Below are positions 18,963-29,414 of a DNA stretch of 64,000 bases, piece after piece; positions within the stretch are counted from its first letter, which is position 1; each line of letters begins with the position of its first letter. Origin of the DNA: Perlucidibaca sp. (GTDB lineage Bacteria; Pseudomonadota; Gammaproteobacteria; Pseudomonadales; Moraxellaceae). The stretch is from NCBI GenBank assembly GCA_023265995.1, contig JAHFSA010000004.1, positions 32,340 to 96,339 of the forward strand. Reading direction: 5' to 3'. The notes beneath the pieces were generated by a model. The model was not told where the DNA came from. It did not search any database and was given only the letters and a program-made list of their open reading frames with translations. A program made the position numbers and the translations under genes.

Positions 18963-20342
18963 ATGACGGCTACCCTGCGCTCCCTGATTCCTGCGGCCGA
19001 GTTCGTCAGCCGTCGCGCCGCGCTCATGCAGGCCATAGGGCCCGATGCCGTGGCGCTGATTCCGGCTGCGCTGCATCCGCGCCGCAATCGCGACACCGAG
19101 TACCGCTTCCGCCAGGACTCCGACTTCTATTACCTCAGCGGCTTCCCCGAGCCGGAGGCGCTGATCGTGCTCGCGCCCGGGCGCGGCGACGGCGAGTTCA
19201 TCCTGTTCTGCCGTCCGCGTGACCGCGAAATGGAAATCTGGAATGGCTATCGCGCCGGGCCGGAAGGCGCGGTCAAGGACTTTGGCGCCGATCAGGCCTT
19301 CAGCGTGGCCGAGCTCGATGCCCGTCTGCCCGATCTGCTCGCCGGGCGCAGCCGCGTGTTCGCGCCCATGGGCGTGCAGCCCGACTTCGATCGTCGTCTC
19401 GGCGGCTGGCTTGGCCAGGTGCGCGCCAAGGGGCGCGCCGGCATCAAGGCGCCGGGCGAGCTGCATCTGCTCGACAGCGCCCTGCATCCGCTGCGTCTGA
19501 TCAAGTCCGTGGCCGAGCTGTCCATCATGCAGCGTGCCGCCGACATCAGCGCCGAGGGGCATCGCCGCGCCATGGCGCTGGCGGCGCCCTACCGCCACGA
19601 ATACGAGCTCGAAGCCGAACTGTTGCACGCCTTCACCCGTCACGGCTGCCCGGCCCCGGCCTATGGCAGCATCGTCGGCTCCGGCGCCAACGCCTGCATC
19701 CTGCATTACACCGAGAATGACCGGCGTATGCAGGACGGCGACCTGGTGCTGATCGACGCCGGTGGCGAGCTCGATCACTACGCTGCCGACATCACCCGCA
19801 CCTTCCCGGTCAACGGCCGTTTCAGCGACCCGCAGCGCGAGCTCTACGAGGTCGTGCTGGCGGCGCAGCTCGCCGCCATTGATGCCGTCAGGCCGGGCGC
19901 GAGCTGGCAGGCGCCGCACGAGGCCGCGGTGCGCATCCTCACCCAGGGTCTGGTCGATCACGGCCTGCTCAGCGGCGATGTCGACGGCCTCATCGAGTCC
20001 GGCGCCTTCCGTCGTTTCTACATGCATCGCACCGGTCACTGGCTGGGCATGGATGTGCACGATGTCGGCGACTACCAGATCGACGGCCAGTGGCGTCCGC
20101 TGCAGGCCGGCATGGTGTTGACCGTGGAGCCCGGGCTCTATGTCGCGCCCGATGACGAAACCGTGGCGGCGCACTGGCGCGGCATCGGCATTCGTATCGA
20201 GGATGATGTCGTGGTGACCGAGGCCGGCCATCATGTGCTGACCGCGCGCACGCCCAAGACGGTGGCCGAGATCGAGGCGCTGGTGGGCACCTCGCCGCGC
20301 AATCATGGCGCTCGTGAGCAGGGCGCGCGGGTGCCGGCATGA
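18963..20342 (+). CDS. pepP: Xaa-Pro aminopeptidase
   Basis: Creatinase/prolidase N-domain plus M24 metal ligands (LIDAGGELDHYAADITRT; HRTGHWLGMDVHD; EPGLY; GIRIEDD). Confidence 0.95.
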   Translation: MTATLRSLIPAAEFVSRRAALMQAIGPDAVALIPAALHPRRNRDTEYRFRQDSDFYYLSGFPEPEALIVLAPGRGDGEFILFCRPRDREMEIWNGYRAGPEGAVKDFGADQAFSVAELDARLPDLLAGRSRVFAPMGVQPDFDRRLGGWLGQVRAKGRAGIKAPGELHLLDSALHPLRLIKSVAELSIMQRAADISAEGHRRAMALAAPYRHEYELEAELLHAFTRHGCPAPAYGSIVGSGANACILHYTENDRRMQDGDLVLIDAGGELDHYAADITRTFPVNGRFSDPQRELYEVVLAAQLAAIDAVRPGASWQAPHEAAVRILTQGLVDHGLLSGDVDGLIESGAFRRFYMHRTGHWLGMDVHDVGDYQIDGQWRPLQAGMVLTVEPGLYVAPDDETVAAHWRGIGIRIEDDVVVTEAGHHVLTARTPKTVAEIEALVGTSPRNHGAREQGARVPA

Positions 20343-21646
20343 CGACGGCTGGCGAACGCGCGCTGCCCGGCTCCACGCTGCCCGGCGCTACTCTGCCGGA
20401 GAGCGCCGATCTGGTCATCATCGGCGGCGGCATGGTAGGCGTCACCCTGGCCCTGCTGCTGGCGCAGCGTCTGCCGCAGCTGCGTGTGGTGCTGCTCGAG
20501 GCCACGCGCTTCCCGGTCTTCCAGCCTGGCCAGCCGCTGCCCTATACCCCCGGTTTCGATGCCCGCAACACCGCGCTGTCGCGCCGTACCATCCAGACTT
20601 TCACCGATCTCGGTCTGTGGCCGCAGCTGCAGCCGCATGCCACGCCCATTCGCCAGATTCATGTCTCCGATCGCGGCCACTTCGGCATCTCGCGCCTGAG
20701 TGCCGAAGAAGAACAGGTCGAGAGCTTCGGCCAGGTCATGGAAAACGCCTGGCTCGGTGTCGTGCTGCTGGCGGCCCTGCGTCAGTGCCCGTCGGTGACG
20801 CTCTGCGATGGCGTTGATGTCACCGCCCTGCAGGTGGTTGGCGAACATGCCGAGGTCACGTTGCGCACCACCGGGGGCGAGCATGTCCTGTGCGCGCCGC
20901 TGGCGGTCGCCGCCGATGGCACGCAGTCGCGCAGTCGCGACTGGCTGGGCCTGCAGGCGAGCTGGCGCGACTACGGCCAGACTGCGCTGGTGACCACGGT
21001 GGCGACCTCGCTGCCGCATGAACAGGTGGCTTACGAGCGCTTCACCAGCGATGGTCCCATTGCGCTGCTGCCGCTGCCGGATGAAGCCCGCAGCGGCGAA
21101 TCCGCGCAGCCGGCGCAGACCCGTCGCTCGCTGGTCTGGGCGCTGAGCACGGCCGAGGCCGAGCGTGTGCAGCAGCTCTCCGATGCCGAGTTCATGGCCG
21201 AGCTGCAGCAGGCCTTCGGGCGCCGCGCCGGTCGCTTCACCCGCGTCGGCCGCCGTCATGCCTATCCGCTGCAGCTCATGGTGGCGCAGCAGCAGGTGGT
21301 GCCGCGCGCGCTCATTCTCGGCAATGCCGCGCACAGCCTGCATCCGGTCGCCGGCCAGGGCTTCAATCTCTGCGTGCGTGATGCGCTGGTGCTGGTCGAG
21401 CGTCTCGCCGACGCGGTCGCGGCCGGTGGCGACATTGGCGATGCCGCGCTGCTGCGTGCCTACGAGGCTGCGCGCCGCGAGGATCAGCGCCAGATCATCC
21501 GTTTCTCCGACAGCCTGGTGCGCGGCTTCTCCAGCGCCAATCCCTTGCTGTCGCTGCTGCGCAATGTCGGCCTGCTCGGCTTCGACCTGCTGCCGGGCGC
21601 CAAGCCGGCACTGGCGCGCTATGCCATGGGGCTGAATCATGTCTGA
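20339..21646 (+). CDS. ubiH: FAD-dependent ubiquinone-biosynthesis hydroxylase UbiH
   Basis: GxGxxG (VIIGGGMVG), GNAAHSLHPVAGQGFNL fingerprint, 4-nt overlap with pepP. pepP-ubiH-ubiI synteny. Confidence 0.88.
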   Translation: MTTAGERALPGSTLPGATLPESADLVIIGGGMVGVTLALLLAQRLPQLRVVLLEATRFPVFQPGQPLPYTPGFDARNTALSRRTIQTFTDLGLWPQLQPHATPIRQIHVSDRGHFGISRLSAEEEQVESFGQVMENAWLGVVLLAALRQCPSVTLCDGVDVTALQVVGEHAEVTLRTTGGEHVLCAPLAVAADGTQSRSRDWLGLQASWRDYGQTALVTTVATSLPHEQVAYERFTSDGPIALLPLPDEARSGESAQPAQTRRSLVWALSTAEAERVQQLSDAEFMAELQQAFGRRAGRFTRVGRRHAYPLQLMVAQQQVVPRALILGNAAHSLHPVAGQGFNLCVRDALVLVERLADAVAAGGDIGDAALLRAYEAARREDQRQIIRFSDSLVRGFSSANPLLSLLRNVGLLGFDLLPGAKPALARYAMGLNHV

Positions 21647-22865
21647 GCTGTCGCCCGCTACCACCACGCCGGTCGCCCGCGAGTTCGATGTCGTCGTGCT
21701 CGGCGCCGGCATGGTCGGCAGCCTGTTCGCGCTGCTGCTGACGCGTGATCCGGCGGCGCGCGCCCTGCGCGTGGCCGTCATCGACGCCGAGCAGAGCAGT
21801 CTGCCGGCGGCCGATGCACCCTTTGATCTGCGCGTGTCGGCCATCACCCGTGCCTCCGAGGATCTGATCGCGCGTGCCGGCTGTGGTCCGGCGCTGGCGG
21901 CTCAGCGCCTCTGCCGCTTCACCGACATGGAGGTCTGGGATGCCGACGGCACCGGCCGTGTGCATTTCAGTGCCGGTGAGGTGGGCGAAAGCCATCTCGG
22001 CCTGCTGGTCGAGAACCGCATTCTGCAGGCGGTGCTGTGCGAGCAGCTCTGGCGGCAGCCGACGGTCACCGCCTATTGCCCGCGGCGCCTGCATTCACTG
22101 CAGCGGCTGCGGCACGGCTGGCAGGTCACGCTGGCCGATGGCGAGGTGCTGAGCGCGCCTCTGGTGATCGGTGCCGACGGCGCCAATTCGCGCGTGCGCG
22201 ACGCCGCTGGCCTGAGCGTCAGCACCTGGGATTATGAGCAGAAAGGTCTGGTCTGCACGGTGACCACGGAGCGGTCGCACCGGCACACGGCCTGGCAGCG
22301 CTTTCTGCCGGACGGTCCGCTGGCCTTCCTGCCGCTGGCTGACGAGCACCAGTGCTCTATAGTCTGGACGCTGCCGACGAGCGAGGCCGAGCGCCTGCAG
22401 GCCTTGCCGGCGGCCGAGTTCGCCGCTGAGCTGGGGCGGGCCTTCGAACACCGGCTGGGTGCCATCACGGCGACCGGCGCGCGTGCTGCTTTCCCGCTGC
22501 TGGCCAGGCATGCCGAGCAGTACACCCGCGAAGGTGTGGCGCTGATCGGCGATGCCGCGCACAGCATCCATCCGCTCGCAGGCCAGGGCGTCAATCTCGG
22601 CCTGCTCGATGCCGGCGTGCTCGCCGACGAGCTGCTGGCCGTGCTCAAGGCCGGCCTGCCGGTCGATCACGCGCGCGCGCTGTCGCGCTACAGCCGCCAG
22701 CGTCGCGGACACAATGCCCTGCTCATGCATGGCATGACCGGCTTCGAGCGTCTCTTCGCGGCCCGCGACAGCGGCCTGCGCGTGCTGCGCAACAGCGGCA
22801 TGCGCCTGTTCGACCGCAGCGGCCTGCTCAAGCAGTGGGTCATGCGCACGGCCATAGGACGCTGA
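21639..22865 (+). CDS. ubiI: FAD-dependent ubiquinone-biosynthesis hydroxylase (UbiI/VisC-like)
   Basis: VVVLGAGMVG and GDAAHSIHPLAGQGVNLG. Tandem paralogue overlapping ubiH by 8 nt. Confidence 0.82.
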   Translation: MSELSPATTTPVAREFDVVVLGAGMVGSLFALLLTRDPAARALRVAVIDAEQSSLPAADAPFDLRVSAITRASEDLIARAGCGPALAAQRLCRFTDMEVWDADGTGRVHFSAGEVGESHLGLLVENRILQAVLCEQLWRQPTVTAYCPRRLHSLQRLRHGWQVTLADGEVLSAPLVIGADGANSRVRDAAGLSVSTWDYEQKGLVCTVTTERSHRHTAWQRFLPDGPLAFLPLADEHQCSIVWTLPTSEAERLQALPAAEFAAELGRAFEHRLGAITATGARAAFPLLARHAEQYTREGVALIGDAAHSIHPLAGQGVNLGLLDAGVLADELLAVLKAGLPVDHARALSRYSRQRRGHNALLMHGMTGFERLFAARDSGLRVLRNSGMRLFDRSGLLKQWVMRTAIGR

Positions 22866-23017
22866 AGCAGGGCGCTGAGGCGCGCTGCCAGGTGCCGAGC
22901 CCGGCCGGCGTCATGATGTTGTGACCGGGCGGTCCTCATGCTGGCGCGAGAGACGCATACTTTCGCCGGCCGCCGAGGCATAATCGCTGCAAACAACAAC
23001 AAGACGGATGCCGCGTC

Positions 23018-24394
23018 ATGGCCAAGCGCCTCAACCTTGCCGATGCCTTTTTCCTCAATGCCGAATCGCGCGATGCCTACATGCATGTCGCCATGCTGCA
23101 TCGCTATCGTCTGCCGGAAGGTGCCGGTCCGGACTGGGTCGGCGAGCAGGTCGAGCACATGCGCCAGTTCCCGGTCGACCAGGCACCGTTCAACCTGCGT
23201 CTGAAGCCGGGCGTGATCGGCAAGGTGGCGCCGGCCTGGGAGGTCGATGACAACATCGACATCGATTACCACCTGCGTCATGCCGCGCTGCCGCGTCCCG
23301 GCGGCGAGCGCGAACTCGGCGTGCTGATCTCGCGTCTGCACAGCCAGCCGCTGGACAAGAACCGGCCGCTCTGGGAATGCTTCGTCATCGAGGGCCTGGA
23401 CGACGGCACCTTCGCGCTCTACTTCAAGATCCACCATGCCCTCATGGATGGCATGTCCGGCTCGCGCACCATGAGCCGCTGCCTCAGTCCCGACCCCGAG
23501 CAGCGCAACATGCCGGCGTTCTGGGCCATGCCGCCGCTGCCGCGTGGCGGCGCCCGCATTCCCAAGGCGATCGCGGAAACCGCGCAGGCGCTGGCGCGCC
23601 CGAGCGTGCTCAACGTTCTGCGCCAGGCCTTCGGCGCCTGGTTCCGCATGCTGCGCGCGGCGCCGGAAACCGGCCTCATCGGCCCCTACCGTTCGCCGGA
23701 CTGCGCGCTCAACGCCATCATCAGCAAGCAGCGCCGCTTCGCCACCCAGAGCCTGCCGATCGAGCGCATGAAGCGCGTCGGCGAGAAGGCCGGCGGCACC
23801 CTCAACGATGTCGTGCTGGCGGTCTGTGCCACGGCCATGCGGCGCTACCTGCTGGAGCAGGATGATCTGCCGGCAAAACCGTTGGTCGCCTCGATTCCGG
23901 TCTCGCTGCGTACCCGCGACGAAGCCGGCGAGGGCAATGGCATCAGTCTGGCGCTGTCGTCGCTGGCGACGCAGATCGCCGATCCGCGTCAGCGCTTCGA
24001 GGCCATCAAGGCTTCCATGCAGGCCAACAAGAGCCTGCTCGCGACCATGTCGAAGCCGGCCATGACGCTCTACACCAACCTGCTCATGGCGCCGTTCATG
24101 ATCGGCCAGATGACCGGACTCGGTGCCCGCACCCACCGGCCCATGTACAACACCATGATTTCCAACGTGCCCGGCCCGTCCGAAGTGCTCTACATGAATG
24201 GCGCCCGTCTGGTCAGCGCCTATCCGGTATCGCTGATCTTCAACGGCCAGTCGCTCAACATCACCATCCTGTCCTATGACGGTGAAATGCATTTCGGCTT
24301 CACGGCCTGCCGTGTTGCCCTGCCGCATGTGCAGAAGCTGGCGGTGTACCTGGGCGAGGCGTTGGAAGAAATGGAAACAGTTTACGCGAGCTGA
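23018..24394 (+). CDS. Wax ester synthase / diacylglycerol acyltransferase (WS/DGAT) family O-acyltransferase
   Basis: Catalytic HHxxxDG motif (FKIHHALMDGMSG). About 458 aa with the C-terminal NVPGP motif (ISNVPGPSE) typical of the family. Confidence 0.9.
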   Translation: MAKRLNLADAFFLNAESRDAYMHVAMLHRYRLPEGAGPDWVGEQVEHMRQFPVDQAPFNLRLKPGVIGKVAPAWEVDDNIDIDYHLRHAALPRPGGERELGVLISRLHSQPLDKNRPLWECFVIEGLDDGTFALYFKIHHALMDGMSGSRTMSRCLSPDPEQRNMPAFWAMPPLPRGGARIPKAIAETAQALARPSVLNVLRQAFGAWFRMLRAAPETGLIGPYRSPDCALNAIISKQRRFATQSLPIERMKRVGEKAGGTLNDVVLAVCATAMRRYLLEQDDLPAKPLVASIPVSLRTRDEAGEGNGISLALSSLATQIADPRQRFEAIKASMQANKSLLATMSKPAMTLYTNLLMAPFMIGQMTGLGARTHRPMYNTMISNVPGPSEVLYMNGARLVSAYPVSLIFNGQSLNITILSYDGEMHFGFTACRVALPHVQKLAVYLGEALEEMETVYAS

Positions 24395-24562
24395 GCCCTG
24401 TTTTGGTGCGTGCGCGCCGGTTGAGTGACTTTCAGACCAATTGCCCGTGCATGCGCTGTGGAAATCAGTAGCATGTGAGCGTATCCTTCGCGCGGGTCGG
24501 TGGGCGTTCCAGACGCCCTGTCACCACCCTTGTCTCGATGAATGTGGTCTGAGGAGTTCGCC

Positions 24563-24991
24563 ATGGCGGCTGGCGCGACTGAAGCGGCAGGTTATTGGTC
24601 TTTCGGCATTTTTCTGTTCGGTGTGGTGGGCATGTGTGCCTTCATGCTGGCGGCGCCTTTCTTTCTCGGCGGTCGTGCCTGGGGTCGTGCGAAGAACGAA
24701 CCCTTCGAATCCGGCATCGTGTCCCAAGGTGGTGCACGCCTGCGTGTGTCCGCCAAGTTCTATCTGGTAGCCATGTTCTTCGTCATCTTTGATGTCGAAG
24801 CACTGTTCCTCTATGCCTGGGCGGTTTCCGTGCGCGAGAGCGGCTGGATGGGCTTCATCGAGGCCACCATTTTTATCCTGGTCCTGCTTGCCGGTCTGGT
24901 CTATCTGTGGCGCATAGGCGCACTCGACTGGGCTCCGGAAGCACGCAGGCGCCGCAAGGCGGCAAGCCAGTCGACCCCGTCTGATCATTGA
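24563..24991 (+). CDS. nuoA: NADH-quinone oxidoreductase subunit A
   Basis: Internal ATG preceded by GAGGAG. Motifs NEPFESGI and [12 protein letters not shown]. Confidence 0.93.
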   Translation: MAAGATEAAGYWSFGIFLFGVVGMCAFMLAAPFFLGGRAWGRAKNEPFESGIVSQGGARLRVSAKFYLVAMFFVIFDVEALFLYAWAVSVRESGWMGFIEATIFILVLLAGLVYLWRIGALDWAPEARRRRKAASQSTPSDH

Positions 24992-25001
24992 GACTGCCGG
25001 C

Positions 25002-25673
25002 ATGAAATATTCGCTCACCCGCATCGACCCCAACGCCCAGGTTCCCAGCTACCCGCCGGTCAAGGAGACCGTCGGCGACCCGCTGGAAGAAGAAGGCAAG
25101 AACAGCATCTTCCTCGGCAAGCTCGAGGACATGCTGCACGGCGCCGTCAACTGGGGTCGCAAGAATTCGCTGTGGCCGTACAACTTCGGCCTGTCCTGCT
25201 GCTACGTGGAAATGGCGACCGCCTTCACCGCGCCGCATGACCTCGCGCGCTTCGGCGCCGAAGTCATTCGTGCCTCGCCGCGCCAGGCCGACGTCATGGT
25301 CATCGCCGGTACCTGCTTCATCAAGATGGCGCCGGTCGTGCAGCGTCTCTACGAGCAGATGCTGGAGCCGAAGTGGGTCATCTCCATGGGTGCCTGCGCC
25401 AACTCCGGCGGCATGTATGACATCTACTCCGTGGTTCAGGGCGTCGACAAGTTCCTGCCGGTCGACGTCTACATTCCCGGCTGCCCGCCGCGCCCCGAAG
25501 CCTTCCTGCAGGCACTGATGCTGCTGCAGGATTCGATCGGCAAGGAGCGCCGCCCGCTGTCGTGGGTGGTGGGTGACCAGGGTGTGTATCGCCCGGACAT
25601 GCCTGCGATGCGCGAAGAGAAGCGCGAAGAACGCATCCAGGTGGTGAACTTGCGTACGCCGGACCAGGTCTGA
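25002..25673 (+). CDS. nuoB: NADH-quinone oxidoreductase subunit B
   Basis: N2-cluster motifs [24 protein letters not shown]. Confidence 0.97.
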   Translation: MKYSLTRIDPNAQVPSYPPVKETVGDPLEEEGKNSIFLGKLEDMLHGAVNWGRKNSLWPYNFGLSCCYVEMATAFTAPHDLARFGAEVIRASPRQADVMVIAGTCFIKMAPVVQRLYEQMLEPKWVISMGACANSGGMYDIYSVVQGVDKFLPVDVYIPGCPPRPEAFLQALMLLQDSIGKERRPLSWVVGDQGVYRPDMPAMREEKREERIQVVNLRTPDQV

Positions 25674-25727
25674 TCCGGGGTTTTGGCATGGCCTCGCGGC
25701 CATGCGATTGACAGAATTTTCTTTTGA

Positions 25728-27530
25728 GTGACGACGAAACAGATGGCTGACGACGTCCTGACACAGCAAACACAGCAGACCGTACCGGGCGTCGAGCACG
25801 CCGTGGTGCGCGAGCTCAATGCCCGCTTCGGCTCGGGAAACCTGGTCTTCCAGGCGACCCTCGACAATGTGCCCACCCTCTGGGTGCCGCGTGCACAGAT
25901 CGTCGAGGTGCTGCGCTTCCTCAAGCAGCTGCCCAAGCCGTACTCCATGCTCTATGACCTGTCGGCCGTCGACGAGCGCCTGCGCTCGCAGCGTCACGGC
26001 CTGCCGGCATCCGACTTCACGGTGTTCTACCACCTGATCTCGATCGAGCGGAATTCGGATGTGCGCATCAAGGTCGCGCTCAGCGCCGACGACCTGAGCC
26101 TGCCGACGGTCATTCCCGCCTTCGTCAACGCGAACTGGTACGAGCGCGAGGTCATCGACCTCTTCGGCATCGAGTTCAAGGGTCACCCGACGCCGTATCG
26201 CCTGCTCATGCCGCGTACCTGGCAGGGCCATCCGCTGCGCAAGGACTACCCGGCGCGCGCGACCGAATTCGATCCGTTCAAGCTCACCGCCGCACGTCAG
26301 GATGAAGAGCAGGAAGCCCTGCTGTTCAAGCCGGAGGAGTGGGGCATGAAGGCGCACTCGGCCGAGTCCGACTTCATGTTCCTCAACCTCGGCCCCAACC
26401 ATCCGTCCGCGCACGGTGCCTTCCGCATCGTGCTGCAGCTCGATGGCGAAGAAATCCTCGATTGCGTGCCGGACATCGGCTACCACCATCGCGGCGCCGA
26501 GAAGATGGCCGAGCGCCAGACCTGGCACAGCTTCATCCCGTACACCGACCGTATCGACTACCTCGGCGGCGTGATGAACAACCTGCCCTACGTGCTCGCG
26601 GTCGAGCAGCTCGCCGGCATCAAGGTGCCGGCCCGCGCCGCCACCATCCGCGTCATGCTGGCCGAGTTCTTCCGCATCACCTCGCACCTGCTCTTCCTCG
26701 GCACCTATATCCAGGACATGGGCGGCATGACGCCGATCTTCTTCATGTTCTCGGATCGCCGTCGTGCCTACGATGTCATCGAGGCCATCACCGGCTTCCG
26801 CATGCATCCGGCCTGGTACCGCATCGGCGGTGTCGCCCACGATCTGCCGCAGGGCTGGGATCGTCTGGTGCGCGACTTCGTCGAGTGGATGCCGAAGCGC
26901 CTGAAGGAATACGAGAAGGCGGCCATGCGCAACAGCGTGCTCAAGGGCCGTACCGTCGGCGTCGCCCAGTACAACAGCGCCCAGGCCATCGAGTGGGGTG
27001 TCACCGGTGCCGGCCTGCGTGCCACCGGCGTCGACTTCGACCTGCGCAAGGCGCGCCCGTACTCCGGCTACGAGAACTTCGAGTTCGACGTGCCGCTGGC
27101 CCACAACGGCGATGCCTACGATCGTGCCACCGTGCGCATCGAGGAAATGCGCCAGTCGCTGCGCATCATCGAGCAGTGCCTGAAGAACATGCCGTCCGGC
27201 CCCTACAAGGCCGATCATCCTCTGGCCGTGCCGCCCAACAAGGACCGCACGCTGCAGGATATCGAAACCCTGATCCACCATTTCACCAGCGTGTCCTGGG
27301 GTCCGGTGATGCCGGCCGGCGAGGCCAGCTTCATGATCGAGGCCACCAAGGGCCTGAACAGCTACTACCTGACCTCCGACAAGAGCACGATGAGCTACCG
27401 CACGCGCATTCGCACGCCGTCGTTCGCGCATCTTCAGCAGATTCCGGCCGTGGTCAACGGCTCCATGATCTCTGACCTGATCGCTCACCTGGCTTCCATT
27501 GACTTCGTGATGGCAGACGTAGACCGATAA
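25728..27530 (+). CDS. nuoC: NADH-quinone oxidoreductase fused subunit C/D
   Basis: 600 aa with a NuoC-like N-half and NuoD-like C-half ([14 protein letters not shown] ... MADVDR end). Start is GTG at 25728 or ATG at 25743. Confidence 0.96.
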   Translation: MTTKQMADDVLTQQTQQTVPGVEHAVVRELNARFGSGNLVFQATLDNVPTLWVPRAQIVEVLRFLKQLPKPYSMLYDLSAVDERLRSQRHGLPASDFTVFYHLISIERNSDVRIKVALSADDLSLPTVIPAFVNANWYEREVIDLFGIEFKGHPTPYRLLMPRTWQGHPLRKDYPARATEFDPFKLTAARQDEEQEALLFKPEEWGMKAHSAESDFMFLNLGPNHPSAHGAFRIVLQLDGEEILDCVPDIGYHHRGAEKMAERQTWHSFIPYTDRIDYLGGVMNNLPYVLAVEQLAGIKVPARAATIRVMLAEFFRITSHLLFLGTYIQDMGGMTPIFFMFSDRRRAYDVIEAITGFRMHPAWYRIGGVAHDLPQGWDRLVRDFVEWMPKRLKEYEKAAMRNSVLKGRTVGVAQYNSAQAIEWGVTGAGLRATGVDFDLRKARPYSGYENFEFDVPLAHNGDAYDRATVRIEEMRQSLRIIEQCLKNMPSGPYKADHPLAVPPNKDRTLQDIETLIHHFTSVSWGPVMPAGEASFMIEATKGLNSYYLTSDKSTMSYRTRIRTPSFAHLQQIPAVVNGSMISDLIAHLASIDFVMADVDR

Positions 27531-27531
27531 C

Positions 27532-28047
27532 ATGACCACCAGCCAGAACCAGAGCGCCCAGCTCATCGCGACCAGCCGCTTCCAGCTGTCGCCCCAGGAA
27601 CGTGCCGATATCGAGCACGCCATCGAGCATTACCCGGACGCGCGCGCGGCCAGCATCGACGCGCTCAAGATCGTCCAGGCCAACCACGGCTGGGTGCCTG
27701 ATGGCGCCATTCCGGCGATCGCCGAGGTGCTCGGCATTCCGGCTCCGGATGTCGAAGGTGTGGCGACGTTCTACAGCCAGATCTTCCGTGTCCCGGTCGG
27801 CCGCCACATCGTGCGCCTGTGCGACAGCATGGTCTGCTACATCAACGGCCACGAGGACGTGCTGGCGGCAATCAACGCCCAGCTCGGCATCGGTCTCGGC
27901 GAGACCACGGCCGACGGCCGCTTCACGCTGCTGCCGGTGTGCTGCCTGGGCAACTGCGACAAGGGCTCGACCCTGATGATCGACAACGACACCTACGGCG
28001 GCATGACGCCGGACCAGGTGCCGGGCCTGCTGGAGAAATACGCATGA
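27532..28047 (+). CDS. nuoE: NADH-quinone oxidoreductase subunit E
   Basis: 2Fe-2S ligand pattern (RLCDSMVC ... CCLGNCDKG). Confidence 0.96.
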   Translation: MTTSQNQSAQLIATSRFQLSPQERADIEHAIEHYPDARAASIDALKIVQANHGWVPDGAIPAIAEVLGIPAPDVEGVATFYSQIFRVPVGRHIVRLCDSMVCYINGHEDVLAAINAQLGIGLGETTADGRFTLLPVCCLGNCDKGSTLMIDNDTYGGMTPDQVPGLLEKYA

Positions 28048-29378
28048 AGCTGTCCTCCTTCGGTCCGGTCAATGCCGTTGCCCGCACCGCGGAAACCCAT
28101 CCGCTGACCTGGCGTCTGCGTGACGACGGCGCCACCGTCGGTCTCGCCGAATACCAGTCCAGGACCGGTTATGCCGGTCTGCGCAAGGCGCTCAAGGATC
28201 TGGCTCCGGCCGACATTGTTGCTCTCGTCAAGGACTCCGGCCTCAAGGGCCGTGGCGGCGCCGGCTTCCCGACCGGTGTGAAGTGGGGCCTGATGCCGCC
28301 CAGCGATGGCGTGACGCCGCGCTACCTGCTCTGCAACGCCGACGAAATGGAGCCGAATACCTGGAAGGACCGCCTGCTCATGGAGCAGATGCCGCACCTG
28401 CTGATCGAAGGCATGATCATCAGCGCGCGCGCCCTGGCGGCCGGCACCGGCTACATCTTCCTGCGCGGCGAATACGTCGATGCCGCCCGCATCCTCAACC
28501 AGGCCCTGGATGAGGCGCGCGCCGCCGGCTATCTCGGCAAGAACATCCTCGGCTCCGGTTTCGACTTCGAGCTTTACGTGCACACCGGCGCCGGCCGCTA
28601 CATCTGTGGCGAAGAAACCGCGCTGATCAACTCGCTCGAAGGCCGTCGCGCCAACCCGCGCTCGAAGCCGCCGTTCCCGGCCGCTGTCGGTGTCTGGGGC
28701 AAGCCGACCTGCGTCAACAACGTGGAAACCCTGTCCAACGTGCCGGCCATCGTGGCCAACGGCGTGCAGTGGTTCACCTCGCTGTCGCGTCCGGGCAGCG
28801 AAGATCACGGCACCAAGATGATGGGCTTCTCCGGCAAGGTGAAGAACCCCGGTGTCTGGGAGCTGCCCTTCGGCGTCACCGCGCGCGAGCTGTTCGAGGA
28901 CTACGCCGGCGGCATGCGCGACGGCTACACCCTCAAGGCCTGGCAGCCTGGCGGCGCCGGCACCGGTTTCCTGCTGCCCAACCATCTGGAAGCCCAGATG
29001 TACGCCGGCGGCATTGGCAAGGTCGGCACCCGCATGGGTACCGGTCTGGCCATGGCGGTCGACAACACCGTCAGCATGGTTTCGCTGCTGCGCAACATGG
29101 AAGAGTTCTTTGCCCGCGAGTCCTGCGGCTGGTGCACACCGTGCCGCGACGGCCTGCCCTGGAGCGTGAAGATCCTGCGCGCCCTCGAGCGTGGCCAGGG
29201 CCAGCCGGGCGATGTTGAAACGCTGCTGCAGCTGGTCGGACATCTCGGCCCCGGCAAGACCTTCTGTGCCCATGCTCCGGGTGCAGTCGAGCCGCTGGGC
29301 AGTGCCATCAAGTACTTCCGTGGCGAGTTCGACGCGGGCGTGGTGACGGCAGCGCAGACCCAGGCCGTGACGGCTTGA
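28044..29378 (+). CDS. nuoF: NADH-quinone oxidoreductase subunit F
   Basis: Internal ATG (MKLSSFGPV) overlapping the nuoE stop. FMN/NADH motifs [10 protein letters not shown] and [15 protein letters not shown]. 4Fe-4S motif [12 protein letters not shown]. Confidence 0.96.
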   Translation: MKLSSFGPVNAVARTAETHPLTWRLRDDGATVGLAEYQSRTGYAGLRKALKDLAPADIVALVKDSGLKGRGGAGFPTGVKWGLMPPSDGVTPRYLLCNADEMEPNTWKDRLLMEQMPHLLIEGMIISARALAAGTGYIFLRGEYVDAARILNQALDEARAAGYLGKNILGSGFDFELYVHTGAGRYICGEETALINSLEGRRANPRSKPPFPAAVGVWGKPTCVNNVETLSNVPAIVANGVQWFTSLSRPGSEDHGTKMMGFSGKVKNPGVWELPFGVTARELFEDYAGGMRDGYTLKAWQPGGAGTGFLLPNHLEAQMYAGGIGKVGTRMGTGLAMAVDNTVSMVSLLRNMEEFFARESCGWCTPCRDGLPWSVKILRALERGQGQPGDVETLLQLVGHLGPGKTFCAHAPGAVEPLGSAIKYFRGEFDAGVVTAAQTQAVTA

Positions 29379-29414
29379 GTCGCTCCTATTCTGAAAGCTT
29401 GAAGACGGTCTGAA

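Noticed and set aside
18090-20306. 738-aa minus-strand ORF
   Set aside because: Only the 3'-terminal 69 codons (a coiled-coil protein upstream of zapA) are plausible. The remainder is antisense to ygfB and pepP.
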